A stretch of DNA of 64,000 bases, taken from assembly GCA_030141605.1 (NCBI GenBank), contig JAQGDQ010000220.1, positions 225,786 through 289,785 on the forward strand. The letters run 5' to 3'. This document shows, piece after piece, positions 13,863 to 26,433 of the stretch. The DNA comes from Tubiluchus corallicola (lineage: Eukaryota > Animalia > Priapulida). Within the stretch, counting starts at the first letter, position 1. Each line of letters starts with the position of its first letter. A program made the translations under genes and the position numbers. The notes beneath the pieces are model-generated. The model did not search any database and had not been told where the DNA came from. It worked only from the letters and a program-made list of their open reading frames with translations.

Positions 13863-16645
13863 AAACGATATGTGTGCGAAACTGCAAATCACTTTTGTTC
13901 TCATCACTGCAGTGTCATACAACTGCAGTTTTGCCACAGACCTGAGTCCCTATGAAAGTACCATGTTTCTCCTCGAATATAACTTCGGACAATCTAACAG
14001 AACCTACAAACAGATGTTTTCGCTAGGCCCCTCCAACATGGTAGATTCCATTGACTAAGACCACATCCGCCTTCGATTCCATTAGGTCAATTACGCAAGC
14101 CTTGTACGATTTGCCCCCCTCTTGCCAAGTTTGGGCCACCACTTTTTTCGAAAAAGAATCTACGAATTCTATGTCAAAAATTCTCCCCCCCCCAAAAAAA
14201 ACACTTAGCGCTTAAGCAATTTCCTCGCCACTTTTACGCTGCTGTATGTTCACAGAGAGACTTTATCGAGATGCAGAAAACGTGAGCTGAATTCATTTGA
14301 CTATTATGGTCAACTAGACATAATGCAGTAACGCGCAGAAAGCTTCAAACTTAGAGGAGAGAGAGAGAGAGAGACAGTCAGTGGAGAAACAAGCCTTTGA
14401 TCTACTTGCAATCAATAAAGAGGTGTGACTGAGAGCTGCATATTAAGAAGCTGAAACGGCCTATGCATCTTCTTCTTCCGGAAAAACCAGTCACTTGTTG
14501 CCATAACAACCGTCCGTCCTCTCTCTACTCTCTGCCCGTTTTAAATGTTCGAGAATTTTAAAACGCGCAATTCGAATGATTCACCCCCGATGAGTGCTAA
14601 GTTATGCGAGCTAGCAGGTGCAACAGGTGTTAATTAACAGGTGTTGTCACCGACACGTGCCACCAACACCTTTGCGCGCGCCAGCTGAGTCTGATGATAA
14701 AATGATGTGAACAACAGCAAACCGAAGGAAGCCATCGACAAGGCAGAATAACTTGGATTCTTAGACAAAGCTGAAACGAAATTAGTAGCTTAATTAGCCT
14801 ACTCTTATCAGCTTTGTTGGCAAGCAACCTATCGTGCAGTATCGCATTGCATAACCTACCCTACGCAAGCTACCACACCCCCAGCCACACAATCAACCCA
14901 GCTATTCTAATTATTCCCAGCAGCATTGTGATAAGCAATAAGTAACGCCGCGCGCGGCTAGAAACATCAGGGTAAAAAATAAATCAGACTTTTGCGAGAA
15001 TTAGCATAATTTGCACCACAGGCGAGCGGCAAAAATACTCACCCGCGAAGGAAAATTTTAAAGTTACGCAAAATTTGATAGAAGAAATTACCAGTATGAA
15101 ATTTAGCTAATCAACGAGATTAGTGTCACTGAAAGAAACTAAGATGTTTACGGGTAGGGCAATAAGGCAAGTCGCATTTTAGGACTTAATTAAAGTTAGC
15201 CAAATTTCTAATCTGATGCATCGAGTTTTTCCTTACAACATAAATACTCAGTTAGTTATTTATCAAAAAATCACATAATTTAATAAGCAAGACTTATACA
15301 AGCATTCAAAAGGGGTACTAACAAACTATAATGTATTGCAATACTTACTATATTTTATCAAATCTGTAGTTTTTAATAACATTTATATAATGTGCCAGGC
15401 AATATAATTATGTTACACCATTTATATAGATGTGCGCCTGCTTTATGCCAAATTTACGTTTCGCTCTCTCAAAAGGTTTTAAAATAATGATATAATGCAA
15501 AGACTAATTACCTCACAATGGCAATTTTTAAATCGCTCAAAAATTTGATATACTCATGCTTCATAGTAGAACTCAACGCCACCGTGTGGCGTATATGAAT
15601 AATAATTCCGAAAAGTAGGCTTATAAATATTCTACCGCCTTACTATATTTATAAATTTACCGCCTTACATAACACACTTATGTTTTACCGTCTTAGTATA
15701 CTTATAAATGACGTACCGCACATATGAAATAACCAGCTTCTTAGCATTAACTTGTAAAGTCAGACCACGACCCGGGAAATGAATTTTTCACCGCACGAGC
15801 TGCTTTAGTGAGTTTACTACGCGTGTTAAAATAAACTGATTACATACTACACACGTTCACGCAGCGGCTCATTACAATAACAAGTCCCAGCTGCATACAT
15901 TTACTATCATTAATTAATTCAAACTACATTCTGCTAGCTTATTATAGCTATTTAAACGTCTTATTCACGGTCATTTTAAAATTCTGAAAGTCAAATTAGC
16001 ACGAATATTATAGACCAATAAAGGTTCGTGTATGACGCGCAATGGAATGACGTAATACTGAATGTAACACTGTGATGGAATGGCCCATAATTAAGAAAAA
16101 AACTTGCAGGCGAGAAATACCTTTTTTACAAAAAGGTATATGAAATTTACACATAATATGATGTAGAAGTCTTAACTTCTGCGTTTGGCAGAAATGATAC
16201 GCATACATATTTAAATAATGTTTGTTATGCAAAACTAGTTAAATAGATGAGTAAAGTAATTCACAAAACCACAGTCTAAGTGAATACACTATAAACTTCT
16301 AAGTTTATATATACACGTACCATAAAGTGAATATTATTTCAAGAAAAATCAGGTGTTGCCTTTGCATAATGCCAATTACAGTAAAGTAATGTTATTTTAC
16401 AAGATTTTATCCACTCGAAGTAAATAAAAAAGCAACTTTGTGAAATAAGTTAAATAATTTAGGTTACAGTTAAACAGAGAATATTAGTTTTGCAAAAAAT
16501 ATAATTAGGTTTAGCGCATTAAATATAATCATATTTAATATAAGATCTCATGCAGATGAAATATTTTTAATTTTAATGTATTACGTCGAGATGTATTAAT
16601 TTCTAGAACATTATGTAATGCTATAATATTGATTTTGCTGCATTA

Positions 16646-16648
<3 letters not shown>

Positions 16649-16715
<67 letters not shown>
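16649..16715. repeat. (AT)n microsatellite
   Basis: About 33 perfect AT units. Confidence 0.97.
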
Positions 16716-16718
<3 letters not shown>

Positions 16719-17217
16719 GCATCTTTGTCATCTTTCGCTTCTGTATCAAAAAAGACCAATGCAATGATATTGAAAATGAAGATGACAGAAGTGCTAATGA
16801 TGTTGATGATGATGATGATGTTGTGTAATCATTAAATAACGTACATCTTACGTAACTAATTATTAACTCTGACGAAAAAAATATTTATTTAGTAATTTGT
16901 GCAAAATTTTAAAATACAAGCAAACCCTTTACCTACATAAATTTAAACTCCCTAAGTGACCCTTACGTTCACGCATTTTAATTGTTAGTCGTTTGAAATA
17001 AGTTTAGATAATCTTGCATAACATTTGAAAAACTAAGAGCAATTGTACCATATTCTTCGCTAACTAAGGAGAAGCATCTTATTAATAGCATTAAAAATAT
17101 GTTTTTGGTGAGCCAGTGATGTACTCTGGGAAGGTCAGTCAGTGACGTTTTACCAGGTGGTGCGAACAATTTAAATTATTAATAATTTTCTTTTTCCATT
17201 ACACAAGTCGGCTAAAG

Positions 17218-17345
17218 TATACAATTTTCCACACACAAGAAATTAGTTCGTAAAGCAGCTTAGGGTTAGGATTATGGTTAGGGTTAGAGTTAGGATTAGG
17301 GTTGGAGTTCGGTTAGGGCACTTAAGTTGTGTGGGGAATTGTAAA
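17218..17345. repeat. Short element: degenerate (TTAGGG)n tract between inverted repeats
   Basis: TAGGGTTAGGATTATGGTTAGGGTTAGAGTTAGGATTAGGG (about 17260-17318) lies between TACAATTTTCCACACACAA and TTGTGTGGGGAATTGTA. Confidence 0.6.
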
Positions 17346-18307
17346 CTTCTTCCCATAAGTCTTTGCTAAGTAACAGAACTTTATATGGAAAGTTTTTTGG
17401 GACATACTTTAAAATTCGCTTTTCTTCCTATTAAAGCAACTCGGTGCCTGAGAAAAATTTGCTTGTAATCAATCTTGTTCTGCTCTTGTTCTTTACATAA
17501 AATATGTATAAAATGAATATTTTCATTTCTTGGAAAAAGGTGGAGAAATGTGTCAATAAAAATTGAAAGTTAGCACTATTTTCTATAAAGTTACCTTTAA
17601 TTAAATGCAGGGATTCCACATTTTTAGATATAAAAGCTATTAATACTATGACCTGCATTCTCAGTGTCCATTGTACGATTTTTGTAAAAATTTGATTAGC
17701 AGCAGATGCTACATAACATTATTATTATGAGCTAAGAATAAAATAACTCCTGTACAGTGATATAATAACATAATGCTTTTAATGCTTTTTCCATGTTGTT
17801 GTTAAGGTATGTTTTAACATTATCTAACTATTTTATAAGGTTTAGGAAAAACCCTTATTTTATGTAGAGTATTATTTAACTACTGGTAAGCTTTGCTGCC
17901 CACATAGTAAGTTAATGAGAAAACATCTCCAGGGAAATTAATTGAACAAATTCTACACATTCAGACAGGTGCTTTGAAACATGAATTTAGTTTTTGCCAT
18001 GAAATATATTTTAGGAAAATAAACCTATTTGTGTTTCTTGGACATTGTGCTGAAAAATCTAATTAATTATTCTTAATGCAATAGAAATGAACCGCCGCCA
18101 TTTTTCCCTAGGCCAAAAAATTGAACCTGAGACTTTGGTAATATTGATGGACTGTAAAGTATGAATAAAAATAAAAGTAGAAAAAAAGCTTTTTCCTCTG
18201 CATCTACTCTTTATGTCTCTCCCATATCCATTTTAACTTGTCTTGTTTATTGTACATCTTTTATTGTTTTACGCAGTAAATTTTACTGTATGTATGAATA
18301 CATTAAT

Positions 18308-18597
18308 AAATTCCCTAATTTGTATTCACGTGACAGAGAAGACAATGTCAAAATCAGATGGCGCTGTCCTAAATAAAAGAAAAAACCATATGTGCACTGT
18401 TCTGGTTTGAAATGTCATGAATCTATTTATTTTTATTTATTTATGGCTATAACTATAACTATACTATAAATAAAAATAAATAAATTCGTGAGAGTTCAAA
18501 CCGGAACAATCTACAAATGTTTTTTCCTTTATTTAGGACAACACCACCTGATTTTGACATTGTCTTCTCTGTCACGAGAATACAAATAGGGGAATTT
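18308..18597. mobile_element. Foldback/MITE with ~75-bp inverted arms
   Basis: AAATTCCCTAATTTGTATTCACGTGACAGAGAAGACAATGTCAAAATCAG... is near-perfectly reverse-complemented at about 18520-18597. Confidence 0.8.
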
Positions 18598-21500
18598 TGA
18601 TTGCAAATTTATTCTACAGTAAGCCGTAATTGAAATTCTACGCTCAATCCAGTCTGAATAACATTAATGCAAACAGCTATATAACGCGTGCCGGCAAAAC
18701 TCAATGAACAAAATATAGACGTGTGAAAATTCACAAGTACATAAACAAATAAATAGTATAATTAAAAAATCTAATTAAATACGTAAATATATTAACAACT
18801 ACATAAATAAATAAATAATCAAAAAATTCAGTTAAATAAATAAATATGGTAACAACTGCATAAATAAATAAATCATCAAAATATTCTATTAAATAAGTCA
18901 AATTATATGTTAATAAATACATAAATAAATACACAAATAATCAAACAAATAAGAAATTGAGAAAATAAAGACAAAAAAATACTTAAATAATCAAATGAGA
19001 AAATCAGCCAAGAAATAGGTAAGCAAATAAATGATGGGCACTTGCTTGGCAGCCTATCCTTTTATAAACAAATATTCAATTAATTAAATAGATAAATAAG
19101 TAAAAAAATAAATAAGCAAAAAAATCAACAAATATGCAAAAAAACAAACAAATAAACACATAAAAAAATAATAATGTAAATTGACTGCTAGTCTGCCCAT
19201 GCCAATCTACTTATCTAATCACACTCATTTATTCTGAACTATTCATTCACGTTTGTCAGTTAGTCTGTCGTTAGGAAATGAATGAAAAGATGAAAATCGA
19301 TAAATAAACAAATAAATAATTAAAAAATGACTAACTTGATGGTTTTGCAATCAATCCATTTATTAACTCACCATTTGTTCAGGTATCACCTTATATTTTT
19401 TGTAGCACAGATCAAATAATCAATTTGTTAATTTAATAATCTTCAAATACGAATAACTAGCGACCAAACTATATTAATGAACTTCTGTAAGCACAATAAA
19501 TAGAACTTTGGAGAGAAAGTGTGCACATAAGTGAAAAAGAATTAATGACAAACAATATTTAAAATTTATAAATTATAAAAATGAAAACTTTGGATAACTT
19601 GTGTCCCATGAAGTGTTTAAAAAATTCTTACAGGAATTACAAGGATCTTTTGTAACTGTCATAGCTGTCGTAGTCATAATCAATATGCTTCTCGTCATGG
19701 ATTAATAATTAAAGAAATCACTGGGGGATAAACACACTACACCTTTGCACAACTCGTACTTTCTAATTCATTTCTCACGCAATATTCTTAACAGGAAAAA
19801 CATATATATTATAGTACACTACAATATTTTAACGTGTAAAAATAAGCAAACAAATCATTCGTATGCAAAAAATATTAATACACATAACAATGACTGTAAT
19901 CAAAATTTCTACAGCTACAGAAAAAATGGATAACCTTCTTGAATTAAAATATAATTTACTATATTGAACATACCATTGCAGTTGTAAGCTTATCTAACAT
20001 CATTTATTCTTTACAGTTTATAAATTACCTTACGCCAATAATTTCTTTCTCTACAATAATAGTTATCATACAAACTTATTCAAATAAGAAAGAATCCCAT
20101 AATCTGCTATAAATTTAAAATGCACACAATTACGCTAATTTTGCTAACTACACCTCTGGGCACGGTTGGACTGTTTTGAAAGTTTCTGTATTTCCTAAAA
20201 TCTAGTTTAATTTGCAAATATAAAGTTAAGTATGTTCAAGCAGCAAATCTTTCCTTTGTCTCCTTAGAACTACATGTGTAAATTGTATGCAGGCAGTAAC
20301 CATTTTGCAACGTTATAATGTAGCCACACCAGGTTACATGTAATCATTAGATTATAATATTATTCAAGTGCGAAAAGGGAAAGCAAATCTCTAAAATTTG
20401 GTAAATTTATCTAATTTAGAAGCAGTTATAATCCTAGGTCAATCAGTCATCCAGCACAGCATAGAATAAGTTAGCATAAATTTGAATACAAAATTAATTT
20501 ATTCTAGGCAAAGCGCTGAGATGAAAGATTTGTATTAAATAAATACCTTTCATCTCGGTATGGCTATTTTGAGAGATGAAATTAAACAAAAACTCTTTTT
20601 TTATTTTAAAAATTTTGGAAGTTAGAAATCAGATTTCACGTCTTGTTAAAATTTTTGCAGCAGAATTTAAATTAGTTGTGTGAAGGTTCAAGTTACACAC
20701 CGAACATGTGCAATACTTATAAATACGCAAAAAAGCATAAAAATTAATTACAAAACAATTAATGTCCTAAAAAAAAGGTTATAAATAAGGTATTATTTTT
20801 ACAAAAAAGCTACATTAAAATTTAGAGTTCAAAATTGTTATTTAAGTATATCTGGCAGTTGCCAACGAAACATCCCGTAAATTATATCTGTAATGAAATA
20901 AAAAATCTTAGTTGCAAAAATATTATGTCCATAGATCATTCCTAGTTTTTAGCCTATTTTGGCAAAATTAAACTTTACTTACATTAAATAACAGCTAGAT
21001 TTAAAAGAACTAATATGAAAAAAATGGTAATTATTCAATAGAAATTTTGTAATACTATAAAAAACTTAAGCACCTATAAAAATTTTTATTTTTTCTAAAA
21101 ACAGTGTAAGTAAAAAGAGTCCCGTTGTGGGCAGAAACCCCTCTGTGTGTCTGCAAGACTACTCATATTGTACGGGCGCTAAACAATTATGCAAATCATA
21201 GTTAAACATTTATCCCAGTCTGAGCTAGAGAACGGACAAACATAATGTAGTTAATGTTACATCAGATGTCAAACTAAACACAACTACAAACCGCCTAGGA
21301 TGCGTGCGGTGCAACGCTAACTAGACCTGACGGGCTAGCCGTATTACAATAACAAGTCCCGGTGAATTTGCAAATTGTCAACTTATTAACATGATAAGAG
21401 TCAGGTGAGAGAAAGAGAGAGAAAACTGGAAATTCAACAACCAGAGTCACGGGCAGCTAGACAACTAGAACTAGCGGTACGGCACACGAAGTTCATCTAT

Positions 21501-23448
21501 AATTCATTACTGCTTCATGCGCGCACAATCATCATGTATTATTAATGAGTGAAAGCACGCTGTGACTACAGAGAGAGAGAGAGACACTATCACCTCACCT
21601 TAACGCAAAAGTTTACAGCGTGGACACGCATTTTCACCACGCGCACTAAAACCTCGACTATTCACAAATAATTGCCAGCCTTTTGCATGTTTAAGAACAC
21701 AAGGAACACACGGGCGAGCTTACTCGCCAGAGCGACAGCTTTTGCAATACTGTTACTCAGACAGCACACACAGCATGGGCAGGCATGTCAGCGTTGGTAC
21801 ACACACATGGGGAGGCTGATCCAACAGGTGGCGTAGACTGCTGCCCAACCGCATCAAGTGCTGCCCAGCGATAGGTAGAACAAATCACCAAAGGTAGTCT
21901 GCTTAAAAGCAAAAGAATCCACACAGGTCTATAAGCAGCCCAATTATTCAATTAATGAATCATCTTCGTTTTCCACGCACCCTGGGATTGGATCCGCCAG
22001 TGTCAACTAGGGTCATACTTCTAGTCAGCAGTTCTGCCAGGAACAATTAATTCCAACGTGTTACATCAATTTGTTTTCTTATACTGACAGGTATTCATGT
22101 TTTATTAATAAGAAGTCATAGCCAATAAGTCGAAAAATAAAACGGAACCAAGTAGGAGCACAAGCACAATGGATAATCAGAATTACTAAATTGAGAAGGT
22201 AATTAAATTTCTTAAGTAATTGAGCCAAATTTTCAAATTTCTTAAAATAACAAATTTCAACAGTCATGCACTTTAAAAGAATCTTGCAAATCTGAGAATA
22301 ACAGTGGTTTGTACTTAAAGATGATAGCACTGTTTGTTCCTAAGCCTGTATCCAAAACAAGGGTAACTTCTCAAATGAGCTAAAGCGCATTTTCTTTCTT
22401 TGGTGCAAAAATTAGCATTGCATCAAGAACAGTTTAAAATCAACCGACTGACTAACAAAGCAAGCCCAAGAGCCGCTTTGCACCACACCACTGCACACAT
22501 GGGTTAAAGACATCAAACACCAAATTTAACTTGAAACAATTTAGCAAATATATCTGATGCACTGCAGATGGAGGCTTCTAAAACCGTTTCAGCACGAAAT
22601 TACAATTGATATGTTTGTTCATGAATGTAAATTACACACGTTTGACAATGTCCAAGAATCCATTGAAGGAGGCAATGAAATAGAATACAAATGTAGTGAG
22701 ACAGAATTTCCCAAAACAATTTCTTATGTTTGATGCTGACTCAGTAATACAAAATCTGACAAACAGCAACTCCTCGAATTTTGTCACTGGTCAACTTGCG
22801 TGATGCCACAGCCTAATAGCTATTTGTACTTGTACTAAAGTATGACATGCGAGCTCATTATTATGTGACAATATTTTCACTTACAAACTTGTCACAAATT
22901 ATAAACAAACAGCTGAACTTAAGACATGAATACTCGCTACTTAAATACTGGAAAGGACATTTTGCCTATTGCCAATTATTAGCAAACAACTCTTTCAAAT
23001 CAACAACCAGAACTATATTCTAATGTTCAATCATAAATTGAAATGATAACATGCACTAAAGAGCTATTTAAGTCACTAAATTACTAAGCAGATTTTGGGA
23101 TAATTTAATAAAAACCGAGTTTGATAGTAAAATTGAATGAACCCAATCCAATGTTTTCAACAAAAACTCGAATTTATGTGGAAATGCAAAATAAGCCATT
23201 TCGTAACACTTTCCCACATAAAAGCCCTAAAGGCATCTTATGATAAGTTTGCCAAACAAACGCTGTCAAGAAAACAGGTTCTAGACATTAATATATGAAG
23301 GTACAAGCCCAGCACTTTGCCAGGATCTTTCAGTCCTTCTTCCTGTGATGTATTAGATGAATGATTGGAAAAGATGACACCAGGTGCCAGCAGCTTTCAG
23401 TATAAAGGCTCACTTTGGAAGGGCTAGCAATTAGTACCTAAGGTACTA

Positions 23449-24452
23449 CAGTAGTCGCCACTTAATAGACTCACTTTGGGACCGAGGTGTTTTGACCCAA
23501 TTAACTGACTGAACCTGTTAACCGATGGGTGTAGTATTCTGTTATAGAAGTATGAGTCACCAGCTTACTATGCACTGCAAAGGTTATTAATGAATTTTAG
23601 AAACGAAGTAATGCCTAAATTCCTTCTTGCCGTAAAAATTAGAAAAATTTTAAAATATTAATTTATATAAGTGAATTAGCAATAAATTAAAAAGTATACT
23701 TTTCTAAATCACACAAGTCTATTTGCAAAAATTACAAGAATTCCTTCAAAGTTGGATACTTCATTTTATCGCAAAGAAGTTGGCTCACAAAGTTCTCAAA
23801 ATGATAAAAATGTTGAAAATCTGTTGTTGTATGATGCACAAATTCTCGTAAAATACTTAGTGCTTGGCGTGCTTAAACTGTTAGTGGACCACATGTTTCC
23901 TCGCAGCTTCGTCTGTAGTTTCATCCAAGCTCCCACTTGCTATAACTGTGAGATACTTATTGTACTATACTTGGGACCCTGGCATAACAGCAACATCTAA
24001 CTGATTAAACTTTCTGGCAAAGACAGCCCAGAACTTTATAAGCCAACCACTAGGCAAGTGATTAAATGTTTAGCTTCCAGGAATTCTTGGGTAACGAGGT
24101 TAATTGCAGTGGACGGGTGGCGGGTCAAAACAAACCATTAGGCTGGCATAATTAGCGCATGCTAAACGTTCCTGCTTACAAACAAAACGGTACTTAACAT
24201 GATTGTTTCTATGTATATTTTAGGACAAACGCGAGCTAAGATTATATAAAAGTCGTAAAAGCTTATTAGTCACACGAAAGTGTCTTATTGAAGCATGTGA
24301 AGGAAAACTATTGAATCAATTATGCGGAGTTATTTGAGTCCATTACCGAGAGTTTTATGTACATTTGAGTAGAAGCGGCCTGTACTAGGCGCTTCTGAGT
24401 CAATTAAGCAATTGAGTCTATTAGCTGTGAGTCTATTAAGCAGCGCCTACTG
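23449..24452 (+). mobile_element. pogo/Tc1-like MITE (about 1 kb), TA-flanked
   Basis: TA|CAGTAGTCGCCACTTAATAGACTCAC ... GTGAGTCTATTAAGCAGCGCCTACTG|TA. Homologous copy at 41202-41962. Confidence 0.85.
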
Positions 24453-24762
24453 TAAAAGTTATTAAGACAGAAGCGAGGGATGGCATTTATAAGGCAAATT
24501 TTTATTTGACAATCTATGTCCTCAACAAATGATTTTTTTTGAAAACTGAGAAAAATAGTGTGCCCCCAAAGTATAAAGCAACTTGGGCTACAATACATTA
24601 ACAGTAATAATTTAGCCACTGGGTGTCAGCACTGTACAGTGATAACTCATTAATGTAGAGTCAAAAAGCAGATGTGAAGTTAACTATGTAAAATTAAGGC
24701 TGTGATAAATAAATTGCTTTCACCATAAAATTCAGTCAGTACACATTAAGTTAAGAACTTAC

Positions 24763-26433
24763 CTCATTTTCTTTGGCTAATATCTTCTCTTCTTCACCTA
24801 CAGATGGCTCTGAAACACAAGGTACCTTACCAATTGGTGTTACAGGTTCGTATACCTGCTCTCTGTCAGTGTCATCTGCAAGTACTAATTGATTTTCTTG
24901 TGGCAATTCTGGCACAGAAGTCAATGTGCAACCGGAACTTAAAACAGAATCAACGTCCTCCGACTCAGATTTTTCACTAGCCAGTTTTTCAAGACTAACA
25001 CTGTCGGATTTCTCATTAATCTCATCTATCTGCATCTGGGCATCTGAAGGTTTGCGTGACAGTTTTTGATTTTCGTCTCGTTCTGCTTTACGAACATCTT
25101 GTATCAGATCTGTTCTGTCTAAATTCACCTCACCATAATTCTTTTTAGCATCTAATTGAGACATTTCGTCTGAGGCTAATACATCAGTATCCTTTCCATG
25201 TTTGCCTGTTGACTCATCAGCGGACCCTGCACAGATACTGCACACGGAGTGTGTCGTTGCAGGACACTCTGAATCACTCAAAGCTGTTTTCTTTTCTACA
25301 AGCAATTTATCTTCATTGATTTCCGAAACCATGCTGCTTCCAGCATTTTCTACCTTATCAGAAGGTTGTTCCACGGGCAACACTATTTTTGGAGAGTGAG
25401 CATCAATTTCTAATGAACTTTTTGGCTTGGGTGTCACACTAATCTGCACAGATGACGCTTCTTGTTCATGATCATTACTTTTTTCAAGCACCAAAGACTC
25501 GTCTCCTTTCTCCGTCTTGTAATCACTTTTATCTGCATCCGCAAAATGTTTTGTTTTATCACACTTAGACACAGTTTCAGTTTCCGGGTTTAAACAAGTA
25601 CTTGCTATCCGGATTTCTCTCAATGATTCGCCTGTTTTCAAGGAGCAATCAACCGACAGAGGATGTTCAGCAATATCTGCACCATTATTGGATGGAATTT
25701 CTGAATCAAGATGCACTGTAATGTTGCTGTTAACAGGTCTAACGTTGTCAACATCACACTTTTCACCTTCACCAAAAACACTTGTACTTTGTTGTCCCAG
25801 TGACGGGCCACTTTCCTTTGCGACAGTGTCATCTGTTGAAGTTACTTCAGTCACAATTGGTTCAAAAACTTTCGACGTGTTGACACCCAAATCCACAGAA
25901 CTATCGCTTCCCGCATCTTCCGCTTCTTCTGGTGGCTGAAATTTTGCAGATTCATTAGTATGATTTGAAAAATTCATATGTGTATTACTTTCGCTTCCAT
26001 CACTAGCATGTTCTAGCGGCACAACACTTTTCGCTTCACAGTTCGCTTCCGCATCCTTGTGAGTTGAATAATTAGAAAAATTATCTTCACCTTCTTCGGA
26101 TAAACTGCCAGTCTTCTTTGAAAGATTATTCTGACTTTTTTCAACACGCCAAGGTGACTGATTGTCTTGCTTATTAGACCCCAATGTTGTCTCGGTTTCC
26201 AGCGACTGCTCGCTTGGTTCAGAGTTTTCTGATGATGATGTCACAGGTGCCGATTCGACGTGCTCTTTATTTGGTATCTCTGTTGTGATCACATTTTGTA
26301 GAGTTTCTTGTACTGTTTTCTGCTTTTCAGCATTAGAGTCGCTGCTTTGAATTATTTCAGAAGAAACTTTTACCTCCACGTCGGAGATCTCATTTTCCCT
26401 CTTTGGTGTCTTGCTGTTGTTTTCTCCTTCCAT
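24763..26433 (-). CDS. ash1: ash1/ASH1L-like first coding exon (acidic, low-complexity, 557 codons)
   Basis: Long ORF with first ATG at 26433 (MEGENN). Acceptor TTTTCAG at 26550. GAG|GTAAGT donor in phase 0 joins the 11540 exon in frame (ENE|VSEN) across a 13.2-kb intron. Assignment to ash1 rests on phase and position only. Confidence 0.7.

Noticed and set aside
16629-16835. ORF with YI repeats (also 30943-31173 and 18731-18934)
   Set aside because: Artefacts of microsatellite or AT-rich low-complexity DNA.
21757-21951. Small secreted-peptide-like ORF
   Set aside because: It starts at TTG, not ATG, and has no supporting motif.
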